A stretch of DNA of 64,000 nucleotides from the NCBI GenBank assembly GCA_951406725.2, contig OX597823.1, forward strand, positions 28,520,001 through 28,584,000, given 5' to 3'. The position numbers and the translations under genes were made by a program. Shown here piece by piece: positions 56,831 to 64,000 of this stretch. The notes under the pieces were generated by a model, which searched no databases, was not told the origin of the DNA, and worked only from the letters and a program-made list of their open reading frames with translations. Position 1 is the first letter of the stretch; each line of letters opens with the position of its first letter. This stretch comes from Octopus vulgaris (Eukaryota).

Positions 56831-58377
56831 ATTCGTTGCTGTCGTCGTCATGATCATCATCCTAATCATCGGACTCAGCAGCTCACCGTCACCACTTACT
56901 CAACGAGCGTGAAGTACAAGTGAAAGGAAGAGGGTCGGATTATTTAATCAAAAGCAGGTATTTCGCTCGTCAACTTCATAATTGACGTTCTTCTTTACAA
57001 TATATTTGATATATCCCTAGTAATTACGGCCAGCGGGCAAATAAAATTTCATTTCATTTAACTAATTTCGTACGATCGAGTAGCACGGATATCGCAATAA
57101 ATTGTGCGGCGACCAAACTGTAAGATGAGTTTCATTATATGATTATTTGCACATTCTGTAGTAATATAATAAAAGTAATTCTAGATATGCTAATGAATGT
57201 TAGCATTCATCAAATCGAATGACGATTTTAATATCCGCTTTCATTATCTTTAATGTTTGCTATTTTAACTTTTCATATTGTTATAAAATTTTGATGAGCC
57301 AATATCATTCTTCAAATAAATCGGCAATTTATTACATGTCATTTCAAGATTCTTATTAACGTAAAAGTCGTTCGAGTACATAGAAAAGACACAACAACAA
57401 CAGTAATGATAAACTGCAACAGATAGAAGGATAGTAGTAATAACCACATCGACGATAAAACAGGTATCCAGCAAATTGTATCTCTCGAATGAAGAAGGGT
57501 TAGTTCTATGAATGACCCATGAAATTTCTATTCTGCTTCAGGAAAGTAGGGGCAAATAATTTGATATGTATCTTGAAAGAGAAGTAAAGTTATCAGGATA
57601 CTTTGAGATAAAAGTCAGCCAAGGGATGCAGTCCGGTTTTTGTACCTAAACGAAACTATTAACGTTGTTGCTGAGATGTTGATAAAAGGGACCTTTTCAT
57701 TTCTATTTTGTCTTTCTGCGTCAGAACATCAGTAGCCAAACTGTTGTTGATGTTTAGAGTAATCTCTTGTGTGGTACTGAGGCTACATTAGTCGGTGTTT
57801 CATCAGGTGGTGAAGAAACTCTATTGGTGTTTCGGCCCCTTCCAGTGCAATACAAGAGGTTCCTGGGGTTACCTAACAAGATACAGAAACAAATTGGTTA
57901 AAACAATTCTACTTCTAGCGGCGATCAGTTTCTTTTTACCCCACTCCATCTCTATTTCTTTTTATAAGACGGTCAACTTAAGACTCCATAATCCAATATA
58001 CTCTTCATGCATTATGGATGTGGGGTGTGATTTCAAAGGTGAATGTCTGTTATTTCTAGCAAATACTGTGACTGTAAAAGAATCCTGCCCCACCCTGTTT
58101 GTGCTCAACATACGTGAATTTCGTTAGCATGAAAACGTATATTTTGAATTATATCTATTATAGACTTGAACTGTATAGCTCTGCGCCCTTTACTCGTTAT
58201 CTCTAATCTCATGAAGAGAAAATCTCCACAAATACCAAAGATAACAAAATGTTTTATGCAAAATAAATAGTATTTTGTCTCAAGTACAGAAAACCAAATA
58301 TAAGCTTTGTTATTTTGCGTTGCCTAAATAGACGAGATTGAAATCATTAAAAAAAATGATCATCAACACCAGTAATG

Positions 58378-58563
58378 TTGGCACAAATTATGGCACAAGG
58401 TCAGCAGTCTCAAGAAAGTGGCTAAGTTGATCATATCGACCCCCAATGAATGAAAGGCAAAGTCGACCTCGGTGGCATTTGAAATCAGAACCTAAAGACG
58501 GACGAAATGCCGCTAAGCATTTTGGCCTGTGTGTGTGCTAACGATTCCGCCAGCACAGCACCT
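58378..58563 (-). mobile_element. SINE family A with internal deletion and TSD
   Basis: Flanked by tcaacaccagtaat. Confidence 0.8.
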
Positions 58564-58766
58564 TCAACACCAGTAATATTTTTAGGTATATCTTTATAAG
58601 AAATTGACCCCTTGGAGGCGGAAGTGTCGTTATCGATTCAAAGAACATTCAATGCCAATATTTGCTCCGGTTGCCTGCGTTCTGAATTCAAACTAACTTT
58701 AGCATTTAACCTTCAGAAATAGACGCATAGAGTATCAGATAAGCGATGATATCTGTCTGGCTGGCT

Positions 58767-58976
58767 GGCGGCGAGCTGGCACAATCGTTAACACGCACGG
58801 CGAAATGCTTAGTGATATGTCGCCTGTCGTTACGTTCTAAGTTCAAATCCGCAGTGGTTGACTTTACTTTTCATCCTTCCGGGGATCGATAAATTAAGTA
58901 CCAGTTGCGTACTGGGGTCCATCTAATCGACTGGCCCATTCCCCCAAAATTTCGTGACTTGTGCCTAGAGTAGAAC
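58767..58976 (+). mobile_element. SINE family A, tail type 2
   Basis: Colinear with the consensus. Confidence 0.85.
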
Positions 58977-59309
58977 AAAGGAAAAAAATTGTCTGTCTGT
59001 TTGTTTCTCTTTGTTTCTCTTTCTTTTTCTCTCTCTCTCTCTCACTTTCTCTCTTAATCCTCTACGTTACACTGTGTGAATGATCGTAGTAGAGAGAATA
59101 CTACCCGTGTCACAAACTCCCATAGGTGGAGATTGATCGAGCAGCCGCCTCTTCTATAGAAACAACCTTATACATGCGTGCGTTGTGTAATGACAACTCT
59201 TATTTAAATGGACTTCACCTTTTCGATGATAGATTGGAGGTCTAGGATCTGGTCTAAATACTAATTGTCTATATCTAACATACGCCTTTATCATGTCTTC
59301 ATACCAATT

Positions 59310-59351
<42 letters not shown>

Positions 59352-59810
59352 GGGCCAATAACATAATTGAATACCAATGATTATGGTGTATGTCCATTAT
59401 CAGATTTATTCGGAAATGTAACATTGAAATCTTCACTTCAATGCTTCATCTCCATAAAACTTTTCTGGTCGCTACTGTATATGAAATGATTTATGAATAA
59501 CAGTTAAACCTGACGCAATAAACCCTCCCTCTCTTTGAACTGAAAAACGGGGAAAGTCTATGTTTCCCTTCTTTCTTTTACTGCCATTCTACACTCTTCC
59601 CTACAACATCAGTTCTTATATTTAATTAATTCTTGGTCAACACACATCAATGATAAATCCAGGCAACACCTAGTTAATTTATAATCACACTTTCTCCCTG
59701 CTGTCGCCACTACAACGTTTAATGTTAGACTGAACTCCTATGCCTGAGAGCCCTGATATCTCATCTGTGTTCATCTTGTAAACCATTTGATAAAATAATT
59801 AATATGATCA

Positions 59811-60127
59811 TAGGCACAGAAGTGGCTGCGTGGCTAGTAGGTTGCTTCCCAACCACATAGGCTCCAGGTTCAGTTCCACTATAGCGTCGGACCGAACAAA
59901 GGCTTGTGAGTGGACTGGATAGACGGAAACTGAAAGAAGCCTCTTGTATATATATATATATATATACATCTAATGTAGGATAACATTTTTCGAAGAAAAT
60001 TTTATCAATGACCAGCATATTAAAAAATACCTAAAAGGTTAAATTTATAAACAACTTATAAATAAGGACAAACAAACAAAAATATTTGGCATTAGAAATC
60101 TTTTTTCGTTTGCCCTTATTTATAAGT

Positions 60128-60183
<56 letters not shown>

Positions 60184-60545
60184 AAGTTTAGGCAAAAAGA
60201 AAAGACGAAGAGAGGTCTATGAACAATAAGTAAATGCATTAGTTTGACGCTCGGGAAAAATGAAAACAATCTTTTACGTTTCGGGCCTACGCTCTTCAAC
60301 AGAAAGGAATGGAAAAACTTGTAGATTTCAGTGGTCCATGTTTAACTGTCTGTGCTTTTCCTCTTACCACCTCTTGACAACCGATGCTGGTGTGTTCACG
60401 TTCCCGTAACTTAGCAGTGCGGCAAAAGACACCGATAGAATAAATGCTAGACTTATAAAGAATAAATCTTGGAGTTGATTCATTCGACTAAAGGCGGTAC
60501 TCCAGCATGGCCGCAGTCAAATGATTGAAACAAATAAAAGAATAA
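59811..60545 (+). mobile_element. SINE family B split at its internal microsatellite by a hairpin and an H2 element
   Basis: Head 59811-59945, tail ~60340-60545; the insert lies between. Confidence 0.75.
60181..60312 (-). ncRNA. H2 element with variant hammerhead (CUGUUGA)
   Basis: Reverse complement of 60270-60306: cttt CTGTTGA a gagc gtag gccc GAAA CG TA aaaga. Confidence 0.7.
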
Positions 60546-61202
60546 CTGTATCTCTCATGAATTTACTTCCTTTACGATTGTTCCCTAAGCATCCATGTCC
60601 AGTGTGTATATATGTATGCGTGTATGAGAGAACGAAAATATCAACCAGACCAACATGATGAAATTTACCGAAAGTTATATTTTCTTAATAAATAATTCAA
60701 GTAATAAGAAACTATGTAAATACCTACCCATGAGAGATAATATATTTCAAGATATTTCCTCTCATAACAAAATGAATTTTAAATGTTTTCCCAAAAGAGA
60801 TAAAAAAAAAGGTTTTAAATTATCTTCCTATCACTCATTATCTCTATCTTATATCATATTTTCTAATCATTTCTCTTTTTCTTTTACATTTTTCTCTTTT
60901 GTTTTCCACTTGTACTTTTTTATTCTGTTAATTATGATACCGACCAATTCAATAATTATTTGCTATATTAAACGATATTGAGACATATGATATCACTCGT
61001 GTTTTTCTTGTTCTTGTCGTTATTTTCTTCTGACTCCATTCAGACGTAAATATTTAGCTCTGAGAATACTCAATCTTTTCGAATGTAACCGATGGTTTTA
61101 ATTTTTCTCTTTGGGTATTATTTATTATTTCAATCGGAGACTATTGTTAAACAGTTTAGAATCTTTGCCCCGGTCTTACACCACACAGTATGATCGGACC
61201 AT

Positions 61203-61436
61203 AAGGCGGCGAGCTGGCAGAATCGTTAGCACGCTGGGCGAAGTGCTTATCGGTATTTCGTCTGTCTTTACGTTCTGAGTTCAAATTCCGCCGAGGTCAA
61301 CTTTGCCTTTCATCCTTTCGGGGTCGATAAATTAAGTACCAGTTAGGCACTGGGGTCGATGTAATCGACTTAATCCGTTTGTCTGTCCTTGTTTGTCCTC
61401 TCTGTGTTTAGCCCCTTGTGGGTAGTAAAGAAATAT
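61203..61436 (+). mobile_element. SINE family A, tail type 1, with TSD
   Basis: Flanked by gtatgatcggac. Confidence 0.9.
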
Positions 61437-61462
61437 GTATGATCGGACTATTTAAAACATAC

Positions 61463-61872
61463 TCTTACTCTCTTTTACTTTTTTCAGTCATTTGACTGCG
61501 GCCATGCTGGAGCACCACCTTTAATCGAGCAACTCGATCCCGGGACTTATTCTTTTTTTGTAAGCCCAGCACTTATTCTATCGGTCTCTTTTGCCGAACC
61601 GCTAAGTAACGGGGACATAAACACACCAGCATCAGCTGTCAAGCAATGCCAGGGGGACAAACACAGACACACAAACACACACACGCATATATATATATAC
61701 ATATATACGACGGGCTTCTTTCAGTTTCCGTCTACCAAATCCACTCACAAAGGCTTTGGTCGGCCCGAGGCTATAGTAGAAGACACTTGCCCAAGGTGCC
61801 ACGCAGTGGGACTGAACCCAGAACCATGTGGTTGGTAAACAAGCTACTTACCACACAGCCACTCCTGCGCCT
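61463..61872 (-). mobile_element. SINE family B, full length
   Basis: Complete and colinear with the 39780 copy. Confidence 0.9.
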
Positions 61873-63086
61873 ATCTTAATATCTATCTTAATTTAATCGT
61901 TTAACTCGAAGTCGAAAGCTGTTTCTTGTAACATAGGAAATGCCTCCCCACAAAATATTATACTGAATAAAGTAAGAGAAATTAGATTTAACATTATCGA
62001 ATCGGAGAATAGAAGAGATGTTTGACAACAGCACCACTGCATGCTAATATATTCTGAGAAACAAAAGCTTGGTGAATACCAATAAATTCTCTTCTATTGC
62101 AAACGTATTTTAGAACGAAAATATAATTCTGGATATGAAGTAATTTTGCTGAACAAATTTAAGATTGATAACATCTTCATTACAATCTGGGCGTCAGCAA
62201 CACGCAGACCTAAACAGAGTTTATAAATGTTCCTTTCGAGCTTCGAGGAATTCATTTGTTTCTTCTCCTTGCAACGAATCCTTTCCTCCTACTATTACAA
62301 AGAACATATCCATAACATACTTTCTTAAATTCTCCCCTTATGCGCCTACGCAGTCTACTGCCTTTATTAATTTTCTACTGTCATCATTTCCGTGGAAATA
62401 TAATCTGCCTACATTTTCTGATTAATATGAGGCTCAGGAGATTGTCAGCAATTTCTTTTTTCTCGAAATTTCCCATTGTCCATTTATGTATTTATTTCAT
62501 TTCAATACGACAGCAATCAAGCAGTATTGTTAACACGTGGGGGGGGGGGGGGATAAACAAAAACAAACTTGGCAACATTCCTTTACGTCCTGAGTTCAAA
62601 TTCCGGTCAGGTCGACTTTATTTTTCCTCCGCATACTATAAACAAAGATAATACCTTTTCTCAACAAATTGAGGACGAAGGTGATGAGAGAAAAAAGATA
62701 AATAGAAATTCACTGTTCTTCGAAGATCGAACAGAGATGCGATACAAATTAATTCAACAGGCTAGAAAGAACAGTGGTCCTGCTGAAGAAGATTGGACCT
62801 GGCGAGTTCCTTTGCTCGCTAAATTAAAATCAGAAAGCAATTGGTCCAGGAAACTAGATGGTAAAATGTTTTTATTTTTCATTTCGTTCCTGTCGAAACT
62901 TATCCCTAATTTTTGTGGTTATAGAACCTAGCTGTTCTTTCTAGCGTGTTGAATTCCTATAAGTGAATTCCTCATGTGTTTAAATATACACTATATCGTA
63001 TGACTAATATATGGTCTTTTGGAGTAAATTTTTTACACGTTAGACCACTGGAAATGTAAATTTAAATTAATTTCCATTTCCCTTTC

Positions 63087-63136
<50 letters not shown>

Positions 63137-63774
63137 ATTTGGATTGATGTGTAGATGGAAACAAATGCATTAAGTATTGGATTTTTTAAAATATTGAAGT
63201 TAACCCTGGAAGTAAATTTGTATAGAAACATCAATTAAAGCTTTCGTTAAAACACATCCACATGCATAGACACTTCCACATAGTCATATACACCAATATG
63301 AACATTATTACTATTGCGATATGTATAAGAATGTCACCAGCAGCTGCGAACATTAAATATGTCTGCTGGTGAACAACGCGTATCTATTGAAAAGATGAAA
63401 TATCTTGTGATGAATATTTGGCTCTTTATTTCTATACACTTGCAATCCTGGAAATGACCTAAGAAGTTGTTTTCTTCCCCCAATTCTCTCTCTATCTATC
63501 TATCGATCCATCTATCGCCCTGTTAAGCTATTTTACCTTTTACTTATTATTGGCACATTAGACTGCTTGCGGACATGCTGGAGCAGATCGAACGCTGCGT
63601 TTATTTTGATTACTTTTTTTAATCTATTATACTATAGGTCTGCACGTAAGCAAACCGAGACCAAAGTGGGCGCGAAAAACATATGCACTCGCACACACAC
63701 ACATACACGCACGCACTCACATACACATATACTACGTAAAGCAAACTTCTTAATCACTTCTGTGCTTGCGCCGT

Positions 63775-63824
<50 letters not shown>

Positions 63825-63835
63825 CCACTCCTGCG

Positions 63836-63880
<45 letters not shown>

Positions 63881-63883
<3 letters not shown>

Positions 63884-64000
63884 CGCAGGAGTGGCTGTGT
63901 GGTAAGTAGTTTGCTAACCAACCACATGGTTCCGGGTTCAGTCCCACTGCGTGGCATCTTGGGCAAGTGTCTTCTGCTATAGCCCCGGGCCGACCAATGC
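63881..64000 (+). mobile_element. SINE family B 5' part (runs off the window)
   Basis: aggcgcaggagtggctgtgtggtaag...cttgggcaagtgtcttct. Confidence 0.9.

Noticed and set aside
62778-62862. Hammerhead-like CTGAAGA...tggacc/ggtcca...GAAACTAG
   Set aside because: Extra unpaired bases before stem II, no UH triplet and no stem I pairing.

Overview
Eukaryotic, AT-rich, repeat-dominated window with no host protein-coding gene I can support. The microsatellite load and SINE types point to a coleoid cephalopod, most likely Octopus (inference). Nearly all ORFs in the track are microsatellite artefacts. Contents: (1) one nearly full-length but disrupted CR1-group LINE (33178-36580); (2) remnants of piggyBac, Tc1/mariner, R4/Dong, CRE, Tx1-like and Penelope (GIY-YIG) elements; (3) dozens of copies of two tRNA-derived SINE families, a ~560-bp (AAT)n-embedded non-autonomous element and two Helentron-like elements. 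The strongest unexplained signal is RNA-structural: about a dozen minimal type-I hammerhead ribozyme (HHR) motifs from at least five sequence families. One six-copy family has a fixed non-canonical core, CUGUNGA (A6U), with N7 varying freely. The LINE and SINE family B also share a 3' double hairpin with compensatory base changes. All calls were made by eye, without alignment or folding software, so coordinates of degenerate copies are approximate.
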